Assembly (NCBI GenBank): GCA_030837225.1
Contig: JAUPKX010000011.1
Location: 118 to 64,117, forward strand
DNA length: 64,000 nucleotides
Reading direction: 5' to 3'
DNA from: Patescibacteria group bacterium
GTDB lineage: Bacteria; Patescibacteriota; Minisyncoccia; Phycocordibacterales; Phycocordibacteraceae
The translations under genes were made by a program, and so were the position numbers. The notes beneath the pieces are model-generated. The model ran no database searches. It was not told the origin of the DNA and saw only the letters and a list, made by a program, of their open reading frames with translations. This document shows, piece after piece, positions 56,097 to 64,000 of the stretch (positions are counted from its first letter, which is position 1; each line of letters opens with the position of its first letter).

Positions 56097-57770
56097 TTAT
56101 TCGAAATACTCCGGCGCCGTCTGATACAACCGCGTCAGGGCTGTATACGTAGCAAAGATGCCGCCGATCGAATTGGTAGACGGGCCGCGCTCCATCACAA
56201 CTACGTAGGCGTACTTTGGGTTGTCATACGGAAAATACCCTACTGCCCATGAGTTATAGAACTCATTGTTAACGCCAAGCTGCGCGGTACCGGTCTTGCC
56301 TGCAACCTTAACGAACGAAAGCGCATTCAGACCAATTGAGGTTCCTTCAAGCGTTCCCATGCGCATGCCTTCCTGCGCTACCTTAATTGCTGCCGGACTT
56401 ATAGGAATAGTCTGGCCCTGAAGTGGAGCATCCTTCACCAGAGTTGGCTTAACGAGCTTTCCGCCATTGGCTATCGCTGCGGTTGCCCGGACTGCCTCAA
56501 GCGGCGTTATCTGCATCGCGTACTGCCCAATAGCAGTGTTATAGGTGTCGCCTAAGCGCCACGGGTCTCCGTACTTCTCTTCTTTCCACGCAGGCGTAGG
56601 TACGAATCCCGTTGCTTCTCCCGAAAGCTCAATCCCTGTTGGACTCGTAAAGCCGAACGCGTCATACCAGTACTTAAGGCGCTCAATGCCAAGACCTTTC
56701 ACTTCGCCATACCCGCCACCAATGGCATAGAAGTACACGTCCGAAGAAACAGCGACCGCACGCCTAGCGTCTACCCATCCGTGCGCTTTCCAGTCCTTAA
56801 AGATAGAGGGCTTCGAGGGATCGTACGGATTTGCAATAGATATAGAACCCGTGGAGACAATTCCCCACGAAGCAGTGACCACACCATCTGAGAGAGCACC
56901 AGCGGCCTCCATTGGTTTTATGATCGATCCTGGTGTGTAGAGTCCTGACACCGCACGATCAAGGTATACCCGACGTGGATTTGTTTGGTACGACGCGATA
57001 ACGCTCGACGGACCGCCGGACGAAAGTACATTTGGATCGTACTCAGGATACGAAACGAGTGCGTGTACCTCACCGGTGTTTACGTCCATGAGAATCGCTG
57101 ACCCGCCCACAAACGGAATGCGGTCTGCAAGCTCCTGTATTGAACTCGCGAACGCACGCTGCGCCCGGGCGTCAATTGAGAGTGTTACGGTCTGCCCCTT
57201 TGCCGCTGGCTTAACCGTTCCTGAAGACTGCAGGTCTCCGTGCGCATCTTCTTCAACAAGAAGCGTTCCGTTCTCTCCCGAAAGCACGGTGTCCATAGCC
57301 TCCTCGACACCATTCAATCCCTTGATCTCCGTCTCGTAGAAATTGCCGGACGAATCTCTCTTTGGATAGGACACGTAGCCCAAGAGATGAGAGAAGCCAG
57401 GATACTCGTACACACGACGAACAAACCCGTCCTCTCCTTCTTCGTTAAAGACGAGCGCATCGCCATTACGGTCGACAATGGCGCCGCGCTCTGCGAAAAG
57501 TACCTCGGGTCTCAACCGATTACGTTCACTCCGCTGCGCATATTCTTCTCCTTGGCGCACTTGGAGATTTGCAGCCTGCACCATGAGCACCATGAACATG
57601 AGAATGGCAACGAAGCCTATGCTCGTAAACGTTGAGTGTTCGATTGGTCGTTCGAACTTGCCTTCAAGCCTGGTTTGATCAAATCCAGACGGGTTCGAGG
57701 AATCCAGGAATATCTCGTCTGGATCGAGTTCGTATTTTCGTTTCTTCTTTACGCGACGCCCGAAGATCAT
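56097..57770 (-). CDS. mrdA: class B penicillin-binding protein 2
   Basis: PBP transpeptidase motifs (SxxK, SxN, KTG) and position after mreBCD. Confidence 0.8.
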   Translation of the reverse strand: MIFGRRVKKKRKYELDPDEIFLDSSNPSGFDQTRLEGKFERPIEHSTFTSIGFVAILMFMVLMVQAANLQVRQGEEYAQRSERNRLRPEVLFAERGAIVDRNGDALVFNEEGEDGFVRRVYEYPGFSHLLGYVSYPKRDSSGNFYETEIKGLNGVEEAMDTVLSGENGTLLVEEDAHGDLQSSGTVKPAAKGQTVTLSIDARAQRAFASSIQELADRIPFVGGSAILMDVNTGEVHALVSYPEYDPNVLSSGGPSSVIASYQTNPRRVYLDRAVSGLYTPGSIIKPMEAAGALSDGVVTASWGIVSTGSISIANPYDPSKPSIFKDWKAHGWVDARRAVAVSSDVYFYAIGGGYGEVKGLGIERLKYWYDAFGFTSPTGIELSGEATGFVPTPAWKEEKYGDPWRLGDTYNTAIGQYAMQITPLEAVRATAAIANGGKLVKPTLVKDAPLQGQTIPISPAAIKVAQEGMRMGTLEGTSIGLNALSFVKVAGKTGTAQLGVNNEFYNSWAVGYFPYDNPKYAYVVVMERGPSTNSIGGIFATYTALTRLYQTAPEYFE

Positions 57771-58039
57771 CCTTCCATGATACGCGTCTTCACGAAGCGA
57801 TGCACGAGGAACGAAAGCACGGAAGAAAGTAAGCCGAATAGTGTGAAATACGGCATAAACGCTGCTTCTGGGGAGTAGTACACGAGATCAGCAATGAGAC
57901 CTAGCGCAAGACCAGCTGGCGGCACCATGAGGCTTGCCGCAAAGATTGCGACAAGCGCTATCTGCCACGGAAATATGAAAAGTGATATGAGTGCGATAAG
58001 AGACGTCATAGCGCGAATCATGGAGTAATCGTGACCCAC
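57767..58039 (-). CDS. mreD: rod shape-determining protein MreD (putative)
   Basis: 90-aa polytopic membrane protein between mreC and mrdA. Confidence 0.5.
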   Translation of the reverse strand: MGHDYSMIRAMTSLIALISLFIFPWQIALVAIFAASLMVPPAGLALGLIADLVYYSPEAAFMPYFTLFGLLSSVLSFLVHRFVKTRIMEG

Positions 58040-58821
58040 GTCACGGAGAACGGATTAAGGAGTGGACGGATGTCGACTCTCGAGCGCGGCGATGATGGAT
58101 CGTTCCCTACTTCAATCACCGAACCGATTGGAAGCGCACCAGGACCCGACGCATATACGAGGTCTCCGACACTGATACCTGCCTCACGCGCAACCACGGC
58201 ACTCATAGCACCCGACCCTTCGCCAACTAGCGTGACCGGCAACCTCGCCTCCCCAATCCAGCTCTCTGTTTCTTTACCTGGTGTTGAATATAAAAGAATG
58301 CGTGCAGAACTCTTTGTTACGCTCTCAACCTCTCCAAGCGGCATCCCACCCGGTCCGTCTGCACGACTCCCTACTCGTACCCTTGAGTCGCTTCCGGCGT
58401 CAACGATAAGCATGTCATAAGGTGACACTGGGGGGCGAGACAACACGCCCGCAAGGATGCCACCAAACCGCTCGGTACGATCGCCAAGCAAACGCTCAAG
58501 GTCCTTAACGCGCGCATCAAGCTGAGCATTCTTCGCATAGTACGCAGCATTGTCGGCAAGCAACCGGTCACGCTCATTCGTGAGAGTTGCCTTGTCGGTA
58601 AAGAACGAACCAATATTCCCCACTCCAGAAGAAAGAGATGAGCCAGCACTCCAGAAGGGCGACGCTATTGAAACGAGTACGCCAGGGAAAACGAAGCGAA
58701 GAATCGCGAAAATGAATACGAGTACGAAAAGCGCCAGTGCCACTGGTCCAAGCCAGGGCATGCTGCCCACGAGCGAGTTATGCCTTCGGGAGAATCGCTT
58801 CTTCATGCATAAAGGCGTCAT
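58018..58821 (-). CDS. mreC: rod shape-determining protein MreC
   Basis: N-terminal TM, coiled coil, beta-rich C-terminal domain; downstream of mreB. Confidence 0.7.
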   Translation of the reverse strand: MTPLCMKKRFSRRHNSLVGSMPWLGPVALALFVLVFIFAILRFVFPGVLVSIASPFWSAGSSLSSGVGNIGSFFTDKATLTNERDRLLADNAAYYAKNAQLDARVKDLERLLGDRTERFGGILAGVLSRPPVSPYDMLIVDAGSDSRVRVGSRADGPGGMPLGEVESVTKSSARILLYSTPGKETESWIGEARLPVTLVGEGSGAMSAVVAREAGISVGDLVYASGPGALPIGSVIEVGNDPSSPRSRVDIRPLLNPFSVTWVTITP

Positions 58822-59839
58822 GCCACGGACGCGGATCCTCTGTTACAACACCAGTCCCCCGCACAACCGCGGTTAACGGGTCGGACGCAACATGCACTGG
58901 CACTCCGAGCATCTTCGCAAGGAGTTCAGGAAGGCCACGTAGAAGCGCACCGCCACCAAACACAGTTACACCACGCTCAAGCACGTCCGAGAGTAGCTCG
59001 GGCGGGGTCTTCTCAATAACTTCCTTCATCGCTTCCATGAGCGCATCCAAGGATGGGGAGAGTGCCTCACGCATATGGGTATCGTTCAGGATAATCTCGC
59101 GCGGAAGTCCCGTTGCAAGATCGCGTCCGCGAACCGCTCTCTCAAGGCGTGTCTGGAGCGGGAGCACCGCACCAATAGCAATCTTAGTATCTTCGGCAGT
59201 CTTCTCGCCGATTGCGAGCTGGAACTCGCTTCTAACATAGTCAATGATGTTTTCGTTGAAATGGTCTCCTGCTACTTGGGAACTCTTTCCAGCAACTGAT
59301 CCGCCAAGTGCGATAACTGCAATGTCAGTGGTGCCTGCACCAATATCAAGCACCATGGTGCCAACCGGCTCCATAACCGGAAGTTTCGCGCCAATAGCAC
59401 CGGCCATTGGCTCCTCGAGTATGAATACCTCACGCGCGCCCGCGGTCATAGCGGCATCACGCACGGCACGGGATTCAACGTTCGTAACGCCGGTTGGAAC
59501 ACCAACAACCACCCTCGGACCAAACAGACGCGAACGACCACCCTGTGCCTTGTTTATGAAATAGGCGAGCAACTCTTCCGTTACCTCGAAGTCTGAAATA
59601 ACACCGTGCGAAAGAGGACGAATAGCGCGAATGTGTGGCGGGGTTTTTCCAAGCATCGCTTTCGCTTCCTTCCCAACCGCAACCATCTGCCCCGTCTTCT
59701 CATTCACCGTTACAACTGACGGCTCCGAGATAACGATGCCGCGTCCACGCACATAGACAAGCGTGTTTCCGGTACCGAGATCGATACCAATATCAGTTGA
59801 GAACAAAGAGTTCCGAGAGAATCGATTGCCCTTTGCCAT
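58778..59839 (-). CDS. mreB: rod shape-determining protein MreB
   Basis: Actin-like ATPase motifs (GIDLGTGNTLVY, phosphate-2, adenosine motifs). Confidence 0.9.
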   Translation of the reverse strand: MAKGNRFSRNSLFSTDIGIDLGTGNTLVYVRGRGIVISEPSVVTVNEKTGQMVAVGKEAKAMLGKTPPHIRAIRPLSHGVISDFEVTEELLAYFINKAQGGRSRLFGPRVVVGVPTGVTNVESRAVRDAAMTAGAREVFILEEPMAGAIGAKLPVMEPVGTMVLDIGAGTTDIAVIALGGSVAGKSSQVAGDHFNENIIDYVRSEFQLAIGEKTAEDTKIAIGAVLPLQTRLERAVRGRDLATGLPREIILNDTHMREALSPSLDALMEAMKEVIEKTPPELLSDVLERGVTVFGGGALLRGLPELLAKMLGVPVHVASDPLTAVVRGTGVVTEDPRPWHDAFMHEEAILPKA

Positions 59840-59841
59840 AC

Positions 59842-61080
59842 CTAACGAGCGAGCAGCTCTTCACGGGTAAGTTTCGATACGTCGCCGGTGGCACGAGTTA
59901 CGAGTTCGAACGAACCGGTTGCTAGCGCGTCCTTCCCTACGTTAATGCGATACGGGATGCCAATAAGGTCAGAGTCCGCAAACTTCTCTCCCGCACGTGT
60001 GTCTCTGTCGTCATAGAGAACCGTTGCGTTCTTCTCAAGCGCTTCGTAGAGCTCGTCTGCTAGCTTGAGAACTTCTGCATCATTTCCGAGCGAGACAAGG
60101 TGATATTTGAACGGTGCAACCTCTTCAGGCCATACGAGACCCTTCTCGTCAGATAAGGTCTCCGCGATGATACCCATGAGGCGTGTCGGACCGATGCCGT
60201 AGCTACCCATAACAACGGGCTTCTTCTCTCCATCCTCTGCCATGTAGGTAAGGCCAAGTGGCTCTGAGAAGCGTGTACCCAGGTTGAAGATATTCCCGGC
60301 TTCAATCGCCTTCTTCTCAACAAGAGCCGTCTTATCAAGACCGAGCTTCTCGAGTGCTGCGTCCGTCATCACTTCCTTGTTAACGGCGATACCCTTCGCT
60401 TCGTCTACATAGATTGTGTCCTCGCCTGCATCAGACACCGTCTGAAACTCTTCAGAAAACTCGCTGAAAATGCCGCCTGACGCGAACGTAACGTACGTGC
60501 GGTCGCCAACGCCAGCACGCCTGAACACATTCTTGTACGCTTCCCTCGCCTTTACAAAGAATGCTTCGTGCTCGCTCTCATCTTTTGAAAACGAGTAGAG
60601 GTCTTTCATAAGAAATTCCTTTCCGCGCATAATGCCGGACTTCGCACGGAGCTCGTTGCGGAACTTGTTCTGGAACTGATAGGCATACACCGGAAGATCG
60701 CGATACGATGTGATGTGCTCCGTCATGATGCGCGTTATCGGCTCCTCGTGCGTTATGGCAAGACCTGTCTCTCCACCCGATTTGAATTCAGTCTTGAACC
60801 AGATATCGAGTTTCTTCTCGTCCCAGCGATCTGTCTTTATCCAAGGCTCCTTGTCTTGAAGCGCAGTTAGTACCATTTCCTGTCCGCCGATCTTGTCCAT
60901 CTCCTCGCGGATGATCTGGACGATGTTGTTGAGCACTTTGAGCCCGAGTGGAAGGTATGTGTATACGCCTGCAATCTCCTTGTGCACGAATCCGGCACGA
61001 ATGAGGAGCTGGGCGTTCTTCGCCTCCTCGTCTGAAGGGTTATCCCTGCGGGTCCTCGTGAATAGCTGGCTCTGGCGCAT
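59842..61080 (-). CDS. proS: prolyl-tRNA synthetase, short form lacking INS editing domain
   Basis: N-terminus MRQSQLFTRTRRD..LLIRAGFV, class II motifs 1-3, 412 aa; start at internal Met. Confidence 0.8.
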   Translation of the reverse strand: MRQSQLFTRTRRDNPSDEEAKNAQLLIRAGFVHKEIAGVYTYLPLGLKVLNNIVQIIREEMDKIGGQEMVLTALQDKEPWIKTDRWDEKKLDIWFKTEFKSGGETGLAITHEEPITRIMTEHITSYRDLPVYAYQFQNKFRNELRAKSGIMRGKEFLMKDLYSFSKDESEHEAFFVKAREAYKNVFRRAGVGDRTYVTFASGGIFSEFSEEFQTVSDAGEDTIYVDEAKGIAVNKEVMTDAALEKLGLDKTALVEKKAIEAGNIFNLGTRFSEPLGLTYMAEDGEKKPVVMGSYGIGPTRLMGIIAETLSDEKGLVWPEEVAPFKYHLVSLGNDAEVLKLADELYEALEKNATVLYDDRDTRAGEKFADSDLIGIPYRINVGKDALATGSFELVTRATGDVSKLTREELLAR

Positions 61081-61148
61081 AGTCCTTTTAGTATACGGCT
61101 CTGTCCCCAACACCGCAAAAGGTCTTTTTATGGACCTGGGTTGACCGT

Positions 61149-62246
61149 CTAGGTAACAATCTTGAAGATATCGCTTGCCGTAATAACGAGCATGAGCGCA
61201 ACCAAAAGCACGAACCCAATACTATTTACTGCATTTGCAAACGACGGCTTTATGGGGCGACGTGTTATTGCCTCAATGATAACAAAGAGGAGTCTGCCAC
61301 CATCAAGCGCGGGGATTGGAAGCAGATTAATGAGCGCGAGGTTGATCGAGATGAGCGCAGTGATAGTCATGAGCGCCGCAAGCCCATTGTCTGATGCCGT
61401 CCCAACCGCACCTGCTATACCAACCGGTCCCGCTACCTGCGAGAGATCGGCACTCAACGTGAAGATGCTTCCAAAGAAGTGTACGAGCGCAATCGCTGTT
61501 TGCTTCGTGAGTTCCCAGGTGAGAATCGCACCCTCTACTGGAGCCTCGTACCACGGTGTCGAAAGAGTTCCAACGGCAGCGAGACCAATACCGAGTGCAG
61601 CGCGCTCTGGTTCAGACGGGATGATACCTGCCTTAGGTGTAAGCGCAACGGTCTTTGTCTCTTCTCCGCTCTTAACCACGAGTCCAATAGGAGTTCCTAC
61701 TTCTGTCTCTGCAACAAGCGCCATAAATGCTGTTGGCTGTGGGCCGGTATACCGGCCTTCAGGAGAGAGGGTCTCGAGGATGTAGTCCCCTGCTTTAAGT
61801 CCCGCTTCAGCAGCAGGGGACCCTTCAACCACGCTCGCAATAGCAAGCTGCGCATCAGGTGCCTGAAGCGCCTCTTGTTCCGTTAAGGCACGGGTCGTAC
61901 CCATTGCGAGTGTTGCGGTGATCAGGATGTACGCAAAGAACAGATTCATCGCAATACCCGCTACAAGCACGAGCGCCTGAAGGATGCGGGGCTTGCTGGT
62001 AAACGAGCGTGGCGGTGCCCCTGCACCTGGTTCCGGATCCTCGCCAAATATCTTCACGAAGCCGCCAAATGGCAACCAGTTAAGGGTGTACTCCGTCTCC
62101 CCTATCTTCTTCCCCCACGCTTTGGGCGGATACCCAATGCCGAACTCGTCGACACGCATACCCGAAAGCTTTGCGGCAACAAAATGCCCGAACTCATGCA
62201 CAACGATGAGTGCAACGAGGACGAGGATGAAGATAATGATTGTCAT
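61149..62246 (-). CDS. rseP: RIP metalloprotease RseP (site-2 protease, M50)
   Basis: HEFGHFVAAK HExxH in TM1, PDZ domain, LDG motif. Confidence 0.8.
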   Translation of the reverse strand: MTIIIFILVLVALIVVHEFGHFVAAKLSGMRVDEFGIGYPPKAWGKKIGETEYTLNWLPFGGFVKIFGEDPEPGAGAPPRSFTSKPRILQALVLVAGIAMNLFFAYILITATLAMGTTRALTEQEALQAPDAQLAIASVVEGSPAAEAGLKAGDYILETLSPEGRYTGPQPTAFMALVAETEVGTPIGLVVKSGEETKTVALTPKAGIIPSEPERAALGIGLAAVGTLSTPWYEAPVEGAILTWELTKQTAIALVHFFGSIFTLSADLSQVAGPVGIAGAVGTASDNGLAALMTITALISINLALINLLPIPALDGGRLLFVIIEAITRRPIKPSFANAVNSIGFVLLVALMLVITASDIFKIVT

Positions 62247-62249
62247 AGA

Positions 62250-62804
62250 TTAGAGAGATACTTCCGTTTCCTTTCTCTTAAAGAGTGCTTCGAGTGCCTC
62301 GTTACCCTTGTCGATCTTCTTCTGCACATCGTCCTTGAAGCGTGCGAGCTCGTCCTTGCCCATGCCGCCTTCCTTCTCCGCTGCCTCAAGTGCTTTCAAA
62401 GTGTCGGTGCGATGTCCGCGAAGCGTAATGCGAGATTGCTCAAGCTTCTCGTTCGCAACCTTAAGAAGCATAGTACGACGCTCAGCGGTGAGTTCTGGGA
62501 ATGTAACGCGAAGTCCCTGATCGTCAGAGCCAACGCCAATACCAAGATTTGCGTTCTGGATTGCTGCTTCAATGATCTTGGTTAAGGACTTGTCCCACGG
62601 CACGATGCGGAGCGTTCGTGCGTCCTCGATGTTAACGGCCGCAACCTGATTAATCGGTGTACGCGTTCCGTATACCTCGGGCTTAATTGTGTCGAGAATC
62701 GCAGGGGTTGCGCGCCCGGTGCGCACGCTCGAAAGCTCGCGGACAAGCCATTCCTCGGTCTCCTTAATGCTCTGGTCTAAAGTCTTGAAATCAAATGACG
62801 CCAT
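62250..62804 (-). CDS. frr: ribosome recycling factor
   Basis: 184 aa, conserved RRF N/C-terminal helices. Confidence 0.9.
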   Translation of the reverse strand: MASFDFKTLDQSIKETEEWLVRELSSVRTGRATPAILDTIKPEVYGTRTPINQVAAVNIEDARTLRIVPWDKSLTKIIEAAIQNANLGIGVGSDDQGLRVTFPELTAERRTMLLKVANEKLEQSRITLRGHRTDTLKALEAAEKEGGMGKDELARFKDDVQKKIDKGNEALEALFKRKETEVSL

Positions 62805-62819
62805 ATACGGCCCAGTGTA

Positions 62820-63518
62820 TCACTTCGAGAGCGTGTCCGGCATAACGATGAGAATATGCTCGAAGATTAGTTTTAGAGGTGCGGAACTTGTGTGAAGTAT
62901 TGGCATGAACGTATTGAGGTCTCGAAGGAACAACGTGAGGCTTTCTGCTTCCTCGCCTTTTGCCTTCAACAGCTGTGCGTGCGCAACGCGTATCAGGCCC
63001 TCGGCAATGCGGACCGCTTCCATACGGGCCGCCTGCTTGTCCTCGTCTTTGTTATCAGACTTCACGCGGCTAACCAGCTTTGCAACGATCTTCTCGCGCT
63101 CAGTGCTCGAGCTACCAAGAAAATGACGTGCCGTCTCGTCTATCTCTCCTTCCGCACGAGGAAGCTCAATGAGGCGTGAACGAAGCGTTGGCAACAGCAT
63201 TCCTTCAACCGGAACGATAAGAATAAGTGTCGTTCCCTCGCTCGGCTCTTCGAAGAGCTTGAGTAGCGCGTTCTGTGCCGGGGGAAAGAGCCTCCCCGCT
63301 GCGATAACGATGAGCTTCTTGTCGCCCTCAACGGGAGCCTGTGACGCGAACGTTATTATTCTGCGTGCGTGGTCTATAGGGAACAGCCCTTCATATGAAA
63401 AGATTGCGAGGTCAGGATGACCCATGCCATCAATCCCAAGCTTTTCTGTAGCAAACGCTCTGGCAGCCAGGATTCCGGACTCAGGTGCTCCTATATAGAG
63501 ATACGCATGGTGCGCCAT
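62820..63518 (-). CDS. holB: DNA polymerase III delta' subunit-like (HolB)
   Basis: MAHHAYLYIG N-terminus and SRC-like motif LPTLRSRL; start at internal Met of ORF ..63668. Confidence 0.65.
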   Translation of the reverse strand: MAHHAYLYIGAPESGILAARAFATEKLGIDGMGHPDLAIFSYEGLFPIDHARRIITFASQAPVEGDKKLIVIAAGRLFPPAQNALLKLFEEPSEGTTLILIVPVEGMLLPTLRSRLIELPRAEGEIDETARHFLGSSSTEREKIVAKLVSRVKSDNKDEDKQAARMEAVRIAEGLIRVAHAQLLKAKGEEAESLTLFLRDLNTFMPILHTSSAPLKLIFEHILIVMPDTLSK

Positions 63519-63574
63519 AAGGGCATTGTATCCCGGTGCTACACTTTCTCCATAGGAGTTAACCTTCCCATCGT

Positions 63575-64000
63575 ATGAACAGGAACGTAATCGTAGGCAT
63601 CGTCGTCGTGCTCTCGCTCGCTGTGGTCGGCTGGTGGTACTGGGCCATGATGATGCCTGCGCAGACATTGCCGCAGGAAATGTCGCCAGAAGGTACGGGA
63701 GCTGAAGTCTCTACGGTCCAGAGCTCCATGGATCTCTCGGGCACCTGGCGAAGCAAGGAGGATGCACGCTTCGTTCGTGTCTTCAATGTTGACGGCACTA
63801 TCACCGACCGCTACGAAGGAGACGAGAACGCAACCGTTACTGGTACCTGGAACGTCGTTGAGGACCTAGCAAGCGAGCGCCCTGAACTCGTCGTGAACGG
63901 GAACGTGCAGGTTATCAAAGTACAGTTCGCTGAAGAAGTACTGTATTTCGCAATAGCGGCACTTACAGAAACTGATCTCTCCATGATCTATCTCTCAGGC
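63575..64000 (+). CDS. membrane-anchored hypothetical protein, 5' partial (continues beyond window)
   Basis: Hand-translated open frame MNRNVIVGIVVVLSLAVVGWWYW... with no stop to window end; absent from ORF track because it has no in-window stop. Confidence 0.45.
   Translation, partial: MNRNVIVGIVVVLSLAVVGWWYWAMMMPAQTLPQEMSPEGTGAEVSTVQSSMDLSGTWRSKEDARFVRVFNVDGTITDRYEGDENATVTGTWNVVEDLASERPELVVNGNVQVIKVQFAEEVLYFAIAALTETDLSMIYLSG

Noticed and set aside
1-64000. CRISPR array, rRNA genes, reverse transcriptase/retron/DGR
   Set aside because: No regularly spaced direct repeats, no rRNA-like conserved stretches, and no ORF with RT motifs were seen anywhere in the window

Overview
This 64-kb window is a compact, gene-dense bacterial chromosomal segment of about 52% GC, mostly housekeeping genes. 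They fall into four groups: (1) aminoacyl-tRNA synthetases (tyrS, trpS, asp/asnS, gltX, cysS, proS) with tRNA-Tyr(GTA) and tRNA-Glu(CTC); (2) a split cell-wall/division (dcw) and rod-shape complement (dacA-like, mraY, ftsW, murG, M23 peptidase; mraZ-rsmH-ftsL-ftsI-murF; mreBCD-mrdA); (3) replication and repair genes (dnaB, recR, rmuC, holB, scpAB, lexA); (4) ribosomal genes (rpmA, rplI, rplU). The gene content and architecture (many short genes, a short ProRS without editing domain, an archaeal-type Asp/AsnRS) suggest a reduced genome, possibly CPR/Patescibacteria-like; this taxonomic call is inference only. Accessory and foreign-looking material sits between the core blocks: a LAGLIDADG homing-endonuclease gene between tyrS and an intact tRNA-Tyr (overlapping its 5' end); a DinJ/YafQ-type toxin-antitoxin pair inserted in the dcw cluster behind a consensus promoter and TGTATACA operator repeats; a roughly 9-kb island (18.6-23.7 kb) of small genes (two hypotheticals, histidine phosphatase, HIT, NUDIX, HhH-GPD glycosylase, secreted proteins); an IS1595-family element with exact 8-bp target duplication and a passenger membrane-protein gene; two high-GC probable HGT genes; and a minus-strand operon encoding a variant DnaQ-like exonuclease, a LOG-family enzyme and three tiny membrane proteins, two of them tandem paralogs. 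A conserved 16-nt motif GGTTCCAACATCGTCC recurs six times in intergenic spacers of the accessory regions. No CRISPR array, rRNA, reverse transcriptase or recognisable defence-system gene was found. Coordinates of features not taken from the ORF track are hand-counted and may be off by 1-2 nt.
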